Source: an uncultured Gammaproteobacteria bacterium | GTDB taxonomy: Bacteria; Patescibacteriota; Microgenomatia; PFEM01; DATLAM01 | Direction of reading: 5' to 3' | DNA: 64,000 nt | Assembly (NCBI GenBank): GCA_964566925.1 | Contig: CAZMIZ010000001.1 | Location: 7,248 to 71,247, forward strand | Shown here: in pieces, positions 45,468 to 55,752 of the stretch | How the letters are laid out: each line of letters starts with the position of its first letter | Numbering within the stretch: position 1 is the first letter of the stretch | Notes under the pieces: model-generated | The model's database searches: none | Told to the model about the DNA's origin: nothing | What the model saw: the letters and a program-made list of their open reading frames with translations, nothing else | Made by a program: the position numbers and the translations under genes

Positions 45468-45523
45468 TGGTAGAATACGCGCATGGGGTGCGTGTGGCCC
45501 GAGTTCAATTCTCGGCTCCCCGA
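45453..45523 (+). tRNA. tRNA-Pro(GGG), CCA not encoded
   Basis: Acceptor CGGGGAG/CTCCCCG+A; anticodon arm CGCGC-ATGGGGT-GCGTG; T arm CCGAG-TTCAATT-CTCGG. Confidence 0.95.
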
Positions 45524-45594
45524 CTAAGAGATCTAAAAATTCCTTGCTTGTTATTATAAACATAAAACACCCGGGCGTGGGTAAATAGAATAGA

Positions 45595-46380
45595 GTGGCG
45601 TTTAAACTTATCTATCCGGCTGAACAATCAGGAAAACCGCTTGTTGAAGGCGAGCCAGTTTCACCACAAGATTATTGTGCAATTGAAACAGAGATCGTGT
45701 CTTTAGACGGAATTTCCCGCACACAATACGTCTTACAAGAAAAACGCGGTGGACTCTTCGTTAAGATTAATGCAACCCCTCTTCCTTTAGCGACAGCTAA
45801 GACAAGGTTCTTGGATGTTCTATTTCCAGAAAGAGAAATTTCCGAATTCGGCCATTCCGACCCTCTTAATGTCAGGTTAATGAATGGACGGTGGGTCTGT
45901 TTTGAAGGAAATCCTGAAGAAAGAACAATTTTTAGAAAATTGATCGAAGAACAGCTTGAAAAAGTATGTGACCCTGACGCTCTCCAAAAAAGGTATGGAT
46001 TTCGCTCCTTTAAAATTAAAGAGCTCGGCCCGGAAGACCAAAGATTGGAAGAATTAGTTGAAACTTTGAGAGATGATTGGGGTTCAAAAGACAAAGGTAC
46101 CCTGCCAAAAGCTAAATATTTGGAAACAATTTATGTTTTAAGGCTTGATGAAAACACCCTCCATCAACTCGCCTCCCAAGATTATGGGAAAGAAAAATTT
46201 TGGCTTGGAGTTTTATTCCTTACTAAGTTAAACCCAAGAATCGTGGTCTTCGGTCCACCTGGCAGTTTTACCCTTACTGAAATAGCGTCTGCTGGAGTAG
46301 CCATGGGTGCACCTTTGGAAACTCCGGATGCAACTTTAATTACTCACGAAAGAAAAGAGGTCCAAAGAAAGTTGGCTTAA
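45595..46380 (+). CDS. Hypothetical protein
   Basis: 261-aa ORF downstream of tRNA; no motif recognised. Confidence 0.65.
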   Translation: MAFKLIYPAEQSGKPLVEGEPVSPQDYCAIETEIVSLDGISRTQYVLQEKRGGLFVKINATPLPLATAKTRFLDVLFPEREISEFGHSDPLNVRLMNGRWVCFEGNPEERTIFRKLIEEQLEKVCDPDALQKRYGFRSFKIKELGPEDQRLEELVETLRDDWGSKDKGTLPKAKYLETIYVLRLDENTLHQLASQDYGKEKFWLGVLFLTKLNPRIVVFGPPGSFTLTEIASAGVAMGAPLETPDATLITHERKEVQRKLA

Positions 46381-46443
46381 CAAAATTGTAACCTCGGTGT
46401 AATCTTGAGAGTCTCTCCTTGTTTTGGTAAAATTGCGCCAAAG

Positions 46444-47427
46444 ATGAAGGCTAAGATCTCCGAAGTTAAAAAAACGCTTGAAACTGCCTTGGTTAAACAT
46501 GGTGCCTCTAAAGAGGAAGCAAAAATAATTGCCGACGAATATTTAGAAGGCGAGCTTCAAGGAAAAACCTCTCATGGCTTAATGGCTTTTCCTTCATTGG
46601 TCAAAAAACTTACTGGAAAAAGGAAAAAAATAAAGATAATTAAGAAAACCAACGCCATTATCTTTTTAGACGCTAATGAGAATATCGGCGCTTTTGTTGG
46701 AGAGCAGGCAGCCAATTTAGCCATTAAAATGGCCCAAAAAGAAGGTTTAGCTCTTGCTTTAATAAAAAATATGATTACCTGGTTAAGGCCAGGCACCGTC
46801 GCTAAAAAAATTGCTGACAAGGGTTATCTTGCTTTAGTAATTAACAATGGCGGCAAACCGATGGTTGCTCCACCAGGCGGTTATGAGCCAATGATTGGCA
46901 CTAACCCAATCGGGGTCGGGATTCCTACTGCAAAAGAGCCTTTTCTCGCTGACATGGCCACCTCTGTTAGAGCCTGGGGCGAAGTTAGGAAAGCAGAAAA
47001 AACAGGCAAGAATTTACCTAAGAATTCATATTATGATAATCAAGGAAAGTTTGCCGTTAAAGCGCAAGATGCCTATTCTGCTCTGCCTGCAGGAGGCTAC
47101 AAGGGTTTCGCTTTAGGATTTCTAATAGAAATTTTAACAGGTTCGCTTCTTGGCTTGTTAATGGGCCCCCAACAGATGAAAGGCGACTACAGAATACTAA
47201 CCCGAGGTGGTTTTATTTTAGTCATCGATCCTCGAAAAATAACCAGACTGGAGGATTTTAAAAAAGCTAATACCAATCTTGTTAAGGAAATAAAAAAATC
47301 CAAAAAATTAAAGGGGGTTAAAGAGGTTTTTGTTCCTGGAGAAAGAGCAATGAGAACTAGAAAAGAAAATATAAAGAGAGGGTCTTTGGAAGTTAATGAT
47401 GAACTTTGGACAGAAATTAAAAAATGA
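46444..47427 (+). CDS. Ldh_2 family (malate/L-lactate/ureidoglycolate) oxidoreductase
   Basis: G..SHG, APPGG..IGTNPI, DMATS, GGYKGFALG, PGE. Confidence 0.9.
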   Translation: MKAKISEVKKTLETALVKHGASKEEAKIIADEYLEGELQGKTSHGLMAFPSLVKKLTGKRKKIKIIKKTNAIIFLDANENIGAFVGEQAANLAIKMAQKEGLALALIKNMITWLRPGTVAKKIADKGYLALVINNGGKPMVAPPGGYEPMIGTNPIGVGIPTAKEPFLADMATSVRAWGEVRKAEKTGKNLPKNSYYDNQGKFAVKAQDAYSALPAGGYKGFALGFLIEILTGSLLGLLMGPQQMKGDYRILTRGGFILVIDPRKITRLEDFKKANTNLVKEIKKSKKLKGVKEVFVPGERAMRTRKENIKRGSLEVNDELWTEIKK

Positions 47428-47822
47428 AAAAAGTGGTTTTGGGAATCATCTCTCGGAAAAACAAAAAAAGTGAGGAAGAATATCTTTTAGTTAGTACTCC
47501 AAAAGATTTTGGTCAGTATACTGGCTTTTATTACCCTCCTGGTGGTCATCTCAGAAAGGGTGAATCCGAAAAGCAGGCATTAATCCGAGAACTCAAAGAA
47601 GAACTTAATCTTTTGATCGAACCCTCTAAAAAAATTGCTGAAACTCCCGGTGATATTAAGGGGGAAAGAGACTCCTGGTGGCTCTGCCAAATCAAAGGAG
47701 GAAAGTTAAAGGCTAGAAAAGGGGAGATTGTTAAGGCAGACTATTTTAGCCAAGGAGAAATGGCAAAAATGAACCTCTGGCCCGCCACTAGAAAATTTTT
47801 TAAAAAATATATGCTAAAATGA
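47424..47822 (+). CDS. NUDIX hydrolase
   Basis: PGGHLRKGESEKQALIRELKEEL Nudix box. Confidence 0.9.
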   Translation: MKKVVLGIISRKNKKSEEEYLLVSTPKDFGQYTGFYYPPGGHLRKGESEKQALIRELKEELNLLIEPSKKIAETPGDIKGERDSWWLCQIKGGKLKARKGEIVKADYFSQGEMAKMNLWPATRKFFKKYMLK

Positions 47823-47839
47823 TGGTGTTAGGAGGTAAG

Positions 47840-48151
47840 ATGGAAAAACAAACAAAGATAACTTATTTACTCTTAGTTGGCGGAGTAGTGGGTTCAATTA
47901 TTCACAATCTTATTTATGGCTCCCTTGGCGTTGAGGAGCCGGTCTTTTTCTTTGTCAGTGTTTTCTCTTTCCTAGCTTTTTTTGCCTCTATCCCTTTTAA
48001 CCTTTTCACCTACAAAACAAAAGGTAAGCCTAAAGACCTTTGGAAATTGGGGTGGTTGGGAATATTAGGATTAGTTGGCCTTTTACCTAACTTCGGCCCA
48101 GGTTTTTACGGCCTTTATGGCTTCTTTGGATTCTTTGGTTTTAAAAAATAA
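47840..48151 (+). CDS. Small membrane protein
   Basis: HNLIYG..EEPVFF, hydrophobic; AGGAGGT before ATG 47840. Confidence 0.7.
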   Translation: MEKQTKITYLLLVGGVVGSIIHNLIYGSLGVEEPVFFFVSVFSFLAFFASIPFNLFTYKTKGKPKDLWKLGWLGILGLVGLLPNFGPGFYGLYGFFGFFGFKK

Positions 48152-48153
48152 AA

Positions 48154-48942
48154 ATGGCAAACAGTCTGAAGATTAAGAAACCATTCGTCTCGGCCATTGT
48201 TCCTTGTTTTAATGAGGCAATGTGGGCCGCCGAAGGAATCAAGGGGCTCTTAGCTTGCCCCTTGGTCAATGAAGTCATTGCCGTCAATGATGGCTCAACT
48301 GATAGGACCCTTAAGGTTTTAAACCAATTCAAAAACCAAATCAAAATCATCAGCTACCAGAAAAATAGAGGTAAAGGCTATGCCTTAACTGCCGGCCTTA
48401 AAAAAGCTCAAGGAGACATTGTTGTTTTTATGGACGCCCACCATCTTAATATTCAAAACAGCCATATCAGAATTCTCACCGAGCCTTTAATTAAGAATCA
48501 GGCTGATGTTGTCCTGGGCACCACCGAAGAGCCGCCGCCAGATATCTGCTGGCGGTTCACTGGCTTCCGCGCTTATCGAAAAAAAGACCTTCTTCCCTTT
48601 TTAAATAAGCTAGAGGAAACCAGGTTTGGAGTGGAAATTCACCTCAATGAACTTTTTAAAGGCAAAAGGAGAAAAGTAGTCAAGCCGAAAGGGTTGGTCC
48701 ATTTAGGAAAACATCAGAAAATGCCCCTTTCCCAAATTCCCAGCGCTTCAGTTAATCAACTAATTGAAATGGCCTATGCCTTGATGCAAACTAAGGGAAT
48801 GCCACCCCAAAAGATCAAGCAAGCTCTTGATCCTCAAAAAATTAAGTCCTTAAAATCTTTTCAAAAAGCAATTGAGAAAATTAAAGACCAAGATCTCTTC
48901 AATTACTTAAAGAAATATCTATTGATCTACCTTAAAGAATAA
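48154..48942 (+). CDS. Glycosyltransferase family 2
   Basis: IVPCFNE, VNDGSTD.T, NRGKG, FMDA. Confidence 0.9.
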   Translation: MANSLKIKKPFVSAIVPCFNEAMWAAEGIKGLLACPLVNEVIAVNDGSTDRTLKVLNQFKNQIKIISYQKNRGKGYALTAGLKKAQGDIVVFMDAHHLNIQNSHIRILTEPLIKNQADVVLGTTEEPPPDICWRFTGFRAYRKKDLLPFLNKLEETRFGVEIHLNELFKGKRRKVVKPKGLVHLGKHQKMPLSQIPSASVNQLIEMAYALMQTKGMPPQKIKQALDPQKIKSLKSFQKAIEKIKDQDLFNYLKKYLLIYLKE

Positions 48943-48948
48943 AGAAGG

Positions 48949-49404
48949 CTATCGTTTGGGGCTTTGTTTTTTCTTCCTCGCTCGACCCATTTGGCCGGCT
49001 TTTCGCCGCTCCTTCATCCGATCATCGCGAGTTAAAAGCTTGTGTTTTTTAAGAGGTTGATGATAAAGATTCTTGTTTTCTCTATCAAGAGCGCGGGCCA
49101 GCCCGTGAACCACCGCTCGCAACTGACCGTCTTTACCCGACCCTCTCACCTTAATGGTAGCGTAATATTTCCCTACTGTCTTCGTCAGCTGAAAAGGCTT
49201 AGTGTAGATAATTTTGGCAACTTTGCCTGGAAAGTACTCTCCAATCAGTTTATTATTAACTATCGTTTCTTTTTTTCCTTTAAAAAGCCGGATTCTCGCC
49301 GAGGCAGTCTTCCGACCGCCAGTCGCAAAAACATAGTCTTTCTCCCGAGACTTAATCCTAGATTTTTTAGTTTTACTTGATTTAGTCGCTTTTTTGGTAG
49401 CCAT
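48949..49404 (-). CDS. rpsI: 30S ribosomal protein S9
   Basis: TGGRKTASAR, LLTRD.R.KER.K, Q.PKR. Confidence 0.97.
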   Translation of the reverse strand: MATKKATKSSKTKKSRIKSREKDYVFATGGRKTASARIRLFKGKKETIVNNKLIGEYFPGKVAKIIYTKPFQLTKTVGKYYATIKVRGSGKDGQLRAVVHGLARALDRENKNLYHQPLKKHKLLTRDDRMKERRKAGQMGRARKKKQSPKR

Positions 49405-49410
49405 TTTTAA

Positions 49411-49839
49411 TTATGAATGATTATCAATGAATTTTTGATTTTGATAAGGATGTTTCTTGTCGAGATAAATCCGCAATCGAGCCAACCTCTTTTTTCTCAA
49501 TTTATTTTTCGGTAACATCCCAGAAACGGCGTGCTTAACAACTTTAGCCGGGTCTAATTGCATCTGTTTCTCAAAGTTAATTTGCTTAAAACCGCCGGGA
49601 TAACCCGAATGACGATAGTAAAGCTTTTGACTTGCCTTTTTCCCAGTCACCTTGAGATTAGCCGCATTAATCACCACCACCCAGTCGCCACAATCAAGGT
49701 GGTGAACAAAATAAGGTTTATCCTTACCCATTAACAGTTTAGCTAACCTAGTGGCCAGCCGACCTAAGGTTTGATCCTGGGCATCAATTAGATGCCAAGA
49801 ACGTTTAATCTCGCTGGCTTTAGTCGAATGGGTTGTCAT
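49411..49839 (-). CDS. rplM: 50S ribosomal protein L13
   Basis: WHLIDA..LGRLA, DCGD.VVVINA, HSGYPGG, GMLPKN. Confidence 0.98.
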   Translation of the reverse strand: MTTHSTKASEIKRSWHLIDAQDQTLGRLATRLAKLLMGKDKPYFVHHLDCGDWVVVINAANLKVTGKKASQKLYYRHSGYPGGFKQINFEKQMQLDPAKVVKHAVSGMLPKNKLRKKRLARLRIYLDKKHPYQNQKFIDNHS

Positions 49840-50285
49840 GACTTTCCTTTTTCTTTAGCTCCTTTTCTGGTTTTCTTTGCCTCTTTAGCCTTCTTAACCA
49901 GTTTCTTTTTCTTTGGTTTTTTCTCTTCCTTTTTCTCGATTAGCTCCAATTTAACTATCATTGCATCATCCCCTCGACGGCGGCCCAAGCGAATTATTCG
50001 GGTAAAACCGCCTGGGCGAGATCCAAACCGAGGGGCAACCTCATCAACCAATTTATTAACTGCCTGTTTATTAGCCAAGAAAGCAGCAATCAGACGACGA
50101 GCATGAAGAGTTCCAGTTTTCCCTTGGGTAATCAATTTGTCAACCAAACCTCTGATGGCTTTAGCCTTGCTTTCGGTGGTCTTAATCTCTTCCCGAAGAA
50201 TAAGAGCGTTAATTAGATTTTTGAATAAGGCCTTTCGATGTCCGCTATCGCGGCCCAATTTTTTTCCTTTCACCCGGTGCCGCAT
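49836..50285 (-). CDS. rplQ: 50S ribosomal protein L17
   Basis: MRHR..KKLGR, TT..KAK, RPGGFTRI, RRGD. Confidence 0.98.
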   Translation of the reverse strand: MRHRVKGKKLGRDSGHRKALFKNLINALILREEIKTTESKAKAIRGLVDKLITQGKTGTLHARRLIAAFLANKQAVNKLVDEVAPRFGSRPGGFTRIIRLGRRRGDDAMIVKLELIEKKEEKKPKKKKLVKKAKEAKKTRKGAKEKGKS

Positions 50286-50286
50286 T

Positions 50287-51201
50287 TCATTCCCCCTTTA
50301 AACTGACATCTTTCTCGGCTAAGGCCGCCTGAATAATTTTCGTCGACTTCTCGCCTAAATTCTTCACCTTAGCAATATCTGTTGACTTGGCTGCTGTTAA
50401 ATCGCCAACCGTCTCATAGCCCCCTTTTCTTAAGGCATTGGCGATTCGAGTTGGAAGATTGAGTTCTTCCACCGTTAGCCTAAGCACCTCGCTTGGAAGC
50501 TCCTCTTTTTCTTCCTTGACCGGAGCTTCTTTCGGCTCCACGATCTGATGAAAGAAAGCAGTCAAGATTTTTGCTGACTCTTTAAGAGCCTCGCTGGGAG
50601 AAATGGCCTTATCGGTTGATATTTCCAAAATCAACCGATCAAGATCGGTCCGCCGGCCAACCCGGGTGGCTTCTAATCTGTAATTAACTCTTTTAACCGG
50701 GCTAAAAGAGGCATCAACCGGAATGACACCCAAACCGCCACCTTTTCTTTCTTCTGCAGGCAAATAACCGAAGCCTGACTCGACGACCATCTCTGCTTTG
50801 AGGGTATTTTTTTTATCTGCCAATCGGCCTAAAACTAGTTCCGGATTGACAATTTCGACATCAGCCGGGGCTTTGATGTCGCCAGCTTTTACTTCGCCCG
50901 GTCCGTGAGCTTCGAGCTTCATTTTGGCCGGCTTCTTTCCTTTATATTTAATTCTGATTTGCTTAATGTTCAAAATCAGCTCAACGATATCCTCTCTTAA
51001 TCCTTCTAGGGTGGAAAATTGATGGCGGACACCGGTAATTTTCACTTGGGTCACCGCCGCCCCCGGAAGACTGGTTAAGAGAACTCGACGGAGAGCATTT
51101 CCTAGGGTTTGACCATAACCCTTTTCGAGCGGTTCAAGAATAAACTCGCCGTAATCAGCGGTCTCTTTCTTTGATTTGATACTAAAAATTGGATCGAGCA
51201 T
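50287..51201 (-). CDS. rpoA: RNA polymerase alpha subunit
   Basis: PLEKGYGQTLGNALRRVLL, DASFSPV, NLGEKS. Confidence 0.98.
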   Translation of the reverse strand: MLDPIFSIKSKKETADYGEFILEPLEKGYGQTLGNALRRVLLTSLPGAAVTQVKITGVRHQFSTLEGLREDIVELILNIKQIRIKYKGKKPAKMKLEAHGPGEVKAGDIKAPADVEIVNPELVLGRLADKKNTLKAEMVVESGFGYLPAEERKGGGLGVIPVDASFSPVKRVNYRLEATRVGRRTDLDRLILEISTDKAISPSEALKESAKILTAFFHQIVEPKEAPVKEEKEELPSEVLRLTVEELNLPTRIANALRKGGYETVGDLTAAKSTDIAKVKNLGEKSTKIIQAALAEKDVSLKGE

Positions 51202-51216
51202 GAATACCTCCTTGGT

Positions 51217-51840
51217 TTATCTCGAATAAAATTCAACAATTAAGTGCTCATTGATGTCAGATCCGATTTCTTCCCTTTCAGGAAAGCGGATAACTTTTCC
51301 TACCGCTGCTTTCCTCTCAAGCCATTTAGGAATCTTCTTATCCTTTTCTGCTAAAGCCGTTTTTACCTGACTATTGGTCAACCCTTTCGGGGTAAGACTA
51401 ATCGTTTGCCCGGTTTTTACTTGATAGGAAGCAACATTAACCTTCTTACCATCAACTTGAATGTGCCCATGGCTAATCAGTTGTCTGGCAATTCCTCGCG
51501 AAAGAGTAAAGCCAAGCCGATAGACGACGTTATCTAATCTCCTTTCTAAAAGCCGAAGCAAGGCTTCACCAGTCGCTTCTTTTACTTTAGCTGCTTGCTT
51601 ATAATAACGCCGGAATTGGCGCTCAAGAACACCATAAAGGCGTTTGACTTTCTGCTTTTCTCTAAGCTGAACTCCGAATTCACTTAAACGCCTTCTCCTT
51701 TGTTGTCCGTGCTGTCCTGGAGGAACACCCCCTCGACGCTCAATAGGACATTTTGGCGAAAAACACCGCGATCCTTTTAAAAAAAGCTTAGTTCCTTCTC
51801 TTCGACACAGTCGACATTTAGCATCTTTATAGCGAGCCAC
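51217..51840 (-). CDS. rpsD: 30S ribosomal protein S4
   Basis: [31 protein letters not shown]. Confidence 0.98.
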   Translation of the reverse strand: MARYKDAKCRLCRREGTKLFLKGSRCFSPKCPIERRGGVPPGQHGQQRRRRLSEFGVQLREKQKVKRLYGVLERQFRRYYKQAAKVKEATGEALLRLLERRLDNVVYRLGFTLSRGIARQLISHGHIQVDGKKVNVASYQVKTGQTISLTPKGLTNSQVKTALAEKDKKIPKWLERKAAVGKVIRFPEREEIGSDINEHLIVEFYSR

Positions 51841-51842
51841 GA

Positions 51843-52238
51843 TTATCCTCTCTTCCTTTTCTTGGGTCGAGGGCCATTATGGGGAATAGGCGTTACATCG
51901 GCAATCAGGCTCATCTTCAAACCTGCGGCTTTAATCGCCCGTAAAGCCGAATCTCTACCCGGCCCTGGACCTTTAATATAGACTTCCACCTCTTTAACTC
52001 CATGGGTAAGAACCTTTTTAGCAGCTGCTTCCACCGCTGTGGTGGCCGCAAATGGGGTCGACTTACGGGCTCCTTTAAAACCGGTCGTTCCCGCCGAACC
52101 CCAACAAATCGTATTCCCTTTGATATCAGTAAAAGTCACCAAGGTGTTATTAAACGTAGCGCTGACATACGCCCTAGCCTTAGCTAAATCTCGAGTAATT
52201 TTTGCTGATTTCTTCTTTTTTTGACTTTTTTTAGCCAT
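51843..52238 (-). CDS. rpsK: 30S ribosomal protein S11
   Basis: [27 protein letters not shown]. Confidence 0.98.
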   Translation of the reverse strand: MAKKSQKKKKSAKITRDLAKARAYVSATFNNTLVTFTDIKGNTICWGSAGTTGFKGARKSTPFAATTAVEAAAKKVLTHGVKEVEVYIKGPGPGRDSALRAIKAAGLKMSLIADVTPIPHNGPRPKKRKRG

Positions 52239-52243
52239 CTTAA

Positions 52244-52669
52244 TTATTCTTCGCTTCCTTCTTTAATTTTTGACTGTTTCGTCTGGTCCAGCCTGGTTAA
52301 ATCTTTTTTCCGCATCGCCCCAATGGTCACCCTCTTACCTCTTTTCGTCCGAGCATTAGAACGTGTCCTCTGTCCTCGAGCCGGCAAATTTTGACTATGA
52401 CGCAAGCCTCGGTAGCTACCAGTTGATTTTAGGCGTTTAATATTTTCTGCCACTTGTTTACGCAATGTCCCCTCAGTTGGCAACCTATCAACTGCCTTTT
52501 GCAACCTAACCACCTCTTCACCGGTCAGGTTTTTCACCCGAGTGTCGGGATCAACTTTGGCTGAATTTAAAATCTTAATCACATTCCGGCGGCCAATTCC
52601 AAAGATGGCCGTCAAGCCAATATCGACCCTCTTTTCTCCAGGTAAATCAACTCCGGCAATTCTTGGCAT
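52244..52669 (-). CDS. rpsM: 30S ribosomal protein S13
   Basis: [28 protein letters not shown]. Confidence 0.98.
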   Translation of the reverse strand: MPRIAGVDLPGEKRVDIGLTAIFGIGRRNVIKILNSAKVDPDTRVKNLTGEEVVRLQKAVDRLPTEGTLRKQVAENIKRLKSTGSYRGLRHSQNLPARGQRTRSNARTKRGKRVTIGAMRKKDLTRLDQTKQSKIKEGSEE

Positions 52670-52677
52670 ATTCCTTC

Positions 52678-52791
52678 CTATCCTTGTCTTTGTTTATGTT
52701 TTGGGTTTTCGCAAATAATGTAAACTCGTCCGCGCCGACGGACAACTTTACATTTCGAACAGCGCTTTTTAACACTCGCTTTTACCTTCAT
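52678..52791 (-). CDS. rpmJ: 50S ribosomal protein L36, absent from the ORF track
   Basis: [37 protein letters not shown]; TAATG overlap with infA. Confidence 0.97.
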   Translation of the reverse strand: MKVKASVKKRCSKCKVVRRRGRVYIICENPKHKQRQG

Positions 52792-53009
52792 TATTTTAAT
52801 CTGTAAACAATTCTTCCTTTCTTTTCATCATAGGGCGTCAGCTCAACCTTAACCTTGTCGCCCGGCATTACTTTCACTCGATGGATCCGCATCTTGCCGG
52901 AAAGATGGCAGAGAATTTCTCTTCCCTCATCAAGATTGACCCGAAACATGGTGTTGGGTAAAGCTTCGGTTACCACCCCTTCCGCTTCAGTTTTATCTTT
53001 ATGTGTCAT
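52791..53009 (-). CDS. infA: Translation initiation factor IF-1
   Basis: [31 protein letters not shown]. Confidence 0.97.
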   Translation of the reverse strand: MTHKDKTEAEGVVTEALPNTMFRVNLDEGREILCHLSGKMRIHRVKVMPGDKVKVELTPYDEKKGRIVYRLK

Positions 53010-53051
53010 AAACGAGACTAATTTTAACAAAATTTCTGCCTTGATTCAAGG

Positions 53052-53807
53052 CTATTCAAGTTTAGTGAGGGCTTTGCCTCCTTTATCAGTCACTAAAACC
53101 GTGTCTTCAAAAAGCCCCGCCTTTTCCCCATTAGCGGCGTTCACCGTCCAACCGTCTCGATCAAGGACCACCCCGGGTTTGCCCTGAATGTAAATAACCT
53201 CTATCGCCAACGTCATTCTTGAGGAAAGTCGAGGCGTTTCCTTAATTTCTCCTTCTAAAAAACAAGGGATCTGGGGCTCCTCGTGGAGTTTCTTGCCAAT
53301 CCCATGACCGGTTAAGGCCTTGACTGGACTGAAACCGCCTTTCCTGATTTCTCTTTCAATCGCTTTTGAAATATGACCTAAATGATTACCAGCTTTAGCG
53401 GCTTTAGTGGCTTCCTTTAAAGCCCTTTTGCCCACTTTAAGAAAGTTATCATCTTGAATCTGGTTACCCTGTATTTTTATTGTCCTGGCCATATCGGCGT
53501 GAAACCCTCGATAAAAGATCCCTACATCCACGCTAACCAGATCGCCATCTTTTACTTGGTATTCGTCAGGAATTCCGTGAACGACGCCCTCATTAATATT
53601 CAGACAAGTAGCCCAATGATAATTGGGAACCATTTTAAAAGATGGCTTTCCTTTTTGTTTTTTAATGAGCGACTCAGCTAAGCTATCAAGTTCTTTTAAA
53701 CTGACACCAGGCTTGATCTTTTTTAAAGTCTGAGCCAAAACCCAGGCTAAACGTTTACCACTCTCTCTCATTCGTTCAACCTCGGCCTTAGTCTTTATCG
53801 GAATCAT
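53052..53807 (-). CDS. map: Methionine aminopeptidase type I
   Basis: NEGVVHGIP, D.G..DMART, GHGIG..LHEEP. Confidence 0.95.
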   Translation of the reverse strand: MIPIKTKAEVERMRESGKRLAWVLAQTLKKIKPGVSLKELDSLAESLIKKQKGKPSFKMVPNYHWATCLNINEGVVHGIPDEYQVKDGDLVSVDVGIFYRGFHADMARTIKIQGNQIQDDNFLKVGKRALKEATKAAKAGNHLGHISKAIEREIRKGGFSPVKALTGHGIGKKLHEEPQIPCFLEGEIKETPRLSSRMTLAIEVIYIQGKPGVVLDRDGWTVNAANGEKAGLFEDTVLVTDKGGKALTKLE

Positions 53808-54469
53808 TTCCCCGCCGCTTGATATTTTTTAATCCGATCCTTAATATCCTGATGGATTACCTCAATCGACCTCTCTCCGTCAACCTCTTCTAAAATTCCC
53901 TCTTTACGGACAGAATCAATTAGTGGCTGAGTTAATCGATAATAGATATCAAGTCTTCCCTTAATAAGCTGAGGGAAGTCGTCTTTCCGTTGAATCAATT
54001 TTCCCTGGCATCGATCACAAAGCCCCTCTTTTCTCGGCGGCTTAGTTACTAAGTTATATTCCAGATTACAACGAGGACAAATTCTCCTGGCTGACAATCT
54101 CTTAATGGAGGTGGTTCGACTTAGCTTTAAATAGATGACCAGATCAATCCCTTTCCCTTTTTTGGTTAATAGTCCCTGTAAATTTCGATACTGCTCTAGA
54201 TTTCTCGGATAGCCATCAAAAATAATTCCTTTTCCAAAATCGACTTTATTCAACCAATCAGCCACTATTTTCTTCATGATATTCTCAGGGACCAGTTTTC
54301 CTTCTTGATTTATAAACCGATTAATCTCTTGACCAAGAGAAGATTTTTCCTCGGCTTTTTCTCTTAGGACATCACCGATTTCTAAGTAATGACAGCCCAA
54401 TTTCTTTACTAAAAGTTTTGCTTGAGTTCCCTTACCTGATCCTTGAGGTCCTAAAAAAATTAAAATCAT
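53804..54469 (-). CDS. adk: Adenylate kinase (Zn lid)
   Basis: [27 protein letters not shown]. Confidence 0.95.
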   Translation of the reverse strand: MILIFLGPQGSGKGTQAKLLVKKLGCHYLEIGDVLREKAEEKSSLGQEINRFINQEGKLVPENIMKKIVADWLNKVDFGKGIIFDGYPRNLEQYRNLQGLLTKKGKGIDLVIYLKLSRTTSIKRLSARRICPRCNLEYNLVTKPPRKEGLCDRCQGKLIQRKDDFPQLIKGRLDIYYRLTQPLIDSVRKEGILEEVDGERSIEVIHQDIKDRIKKYQAAGK

Positions 54470-55752
54470 TTTAAGAATCCCTCATAGCTCCTCATAATCA
54501 TCATTGATTCAAGCTGTTTAGTCGTCTCTAAAACGACTGAAACCACAATTAAAATTCCAGTGCCGCCTAAGGTCATGGTCGCCACCCCAGTTAAGCTCTG
54601 GGCGATTGAAGGTAAAATCGCCACCAGACCGAGAAAAATGGCTCCAACTAGAGTAATCCGATTTAAAATCCGGTTTAAATATTCGGCTGTCGGCGGTCCG
54701 GGACGAATCCCAGGAATAAAACCGCCATGTTTTTTAATTTCGTCAGCAATTTTAACCGGATTAAAAACAACCGCGGTGTAAAAATAAGTAAACCCGACCA
54801 CCAAAAGAAAATAGGTTAGGTTATAAATCAGCCCCCCTGGATTAAACAGAGTAGCTAGGCCGGTGGCGAAACCGGCAATTGTTTGGTTGGGAACCGCTCG
54901 TAAAAAGTTGCCTACCATTGAAGGAAGCAAAATTAGAGAAATGGCAAAAATGATCGGGATTACCCCTGCCTGATTAAGACGTAAAGGGAGATAAGTATCA
55001 CGACCACCATAGATCCTTCGACCCCGAATCCTTTTGGCATAAGCTACCCTAACCTGACGAGTCGCCTCATTAACAACGACAATCGCGGCCACCACCGCCA
55101 AGGCCATTGTCGCAAAGACCGCTAAATTAAAAAGGTTTTCTGGCTCGAGAATAACTGCAGTTTGGCCAATAGAAACCGGGAAGCGGCCGACAATACCCGC
55201 AAAAATAAGCATCGAGATACCATTGCCAATTCCATTTTCGGTCATCAATTCTCCTAGCCACATCAGGAGAATCGTTCCGGCGCTCATGGTAGCCACCAAA
55301 CCCAAGAGGTTTAAAGGAGGGAGAGCAGAAATAATCTGTTGATTCTTTAAAAGAGCATACATCCCAATTGCTTGAACACAAGCTAGGGGAACAGTCACCC
55401 AACGAGTATATTGATTGATTTTCTCTCGGCCATATTCACCTTCTTTAGAAAGTTCCTCTAGGGCGGGGATAACCATCATTAAAAGCTGGAAAATGATTGA
55501 AGCATTAATGTAGGGGTTCAACCCTAAGGCCATAATAGAAAAATTGGCGAGAGTTCCACCAGAGAAAATATCTAAAAGCCCTAATAATTGATTACGGGCG
55601 AACAGCTCTTTCAGAGCAGTAATATCGACCCCGGGGACAGGAATATGGGCGGCGAAGCGAAAGACAACCAAAATCCCGGCGGTAAAAAAGAGCCTTCGCC
55701 GTAAATCGGGGATCTTAAAAGCGTTGAGAATGGTGGTAATGAACTGATTCAT
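54466..55752 (-). CDS. secY: Preprotein translocase SecY
   Basis: [42 protein letters not shown]. Confidence 0.98.
   Translation of the reverse strand: MNQFITTILNAFKIPDLRRRLFFTAGILVVFRFAAHIPVPGVDITALKELFARNQLLGLLDIFSGGTLANFSIMALGLNPYINASIIFQLLMMVIPALEELSKEGEYGREKINQYTRWVTVPLACVQAIGMYALLKNQQIISALPPLNLLGLVATMSAGTILLMWLGELMTENGIGNGISMLIFAGIVGRFPVSIGQTAVILEPENLFNLAVFATMALAVVAAIVVVNEATRQVRVAYAKRIRGRRIYGGRDTYLPLRLNQAGVIPIIFAISLILLPSMVGNFLRAVPNQTIAGFATGLATLFNPGGLIYNLTYFLLVVGFTYFYTAVVFNPVKIADEIKKHGGFIPGIRPGPPTAEYLNRILNRITLVGAIFLGLVAILPSIAQSLTGVATMTLGGTGILIVVSVVLETTKQLESMMIMRSYEGFLK

Larger units (their letters stand above)
45149..45499 (+). mobile_element. Putative tRNA-targeting GIY-YIG mini-element flanked by 47-bp tRNA direct repeats
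   Basis: Repeat - 237 nt unique nuclease ORF - repeat. Confidence 0.6.

Noticed and set aside
45149-45523. tRNA with a group I intron encoding a homing endonuclease
   Set aside because: The unique part is almost all ORF, with no room for a ribozyme core, and a complete unspliced tRNA follows.
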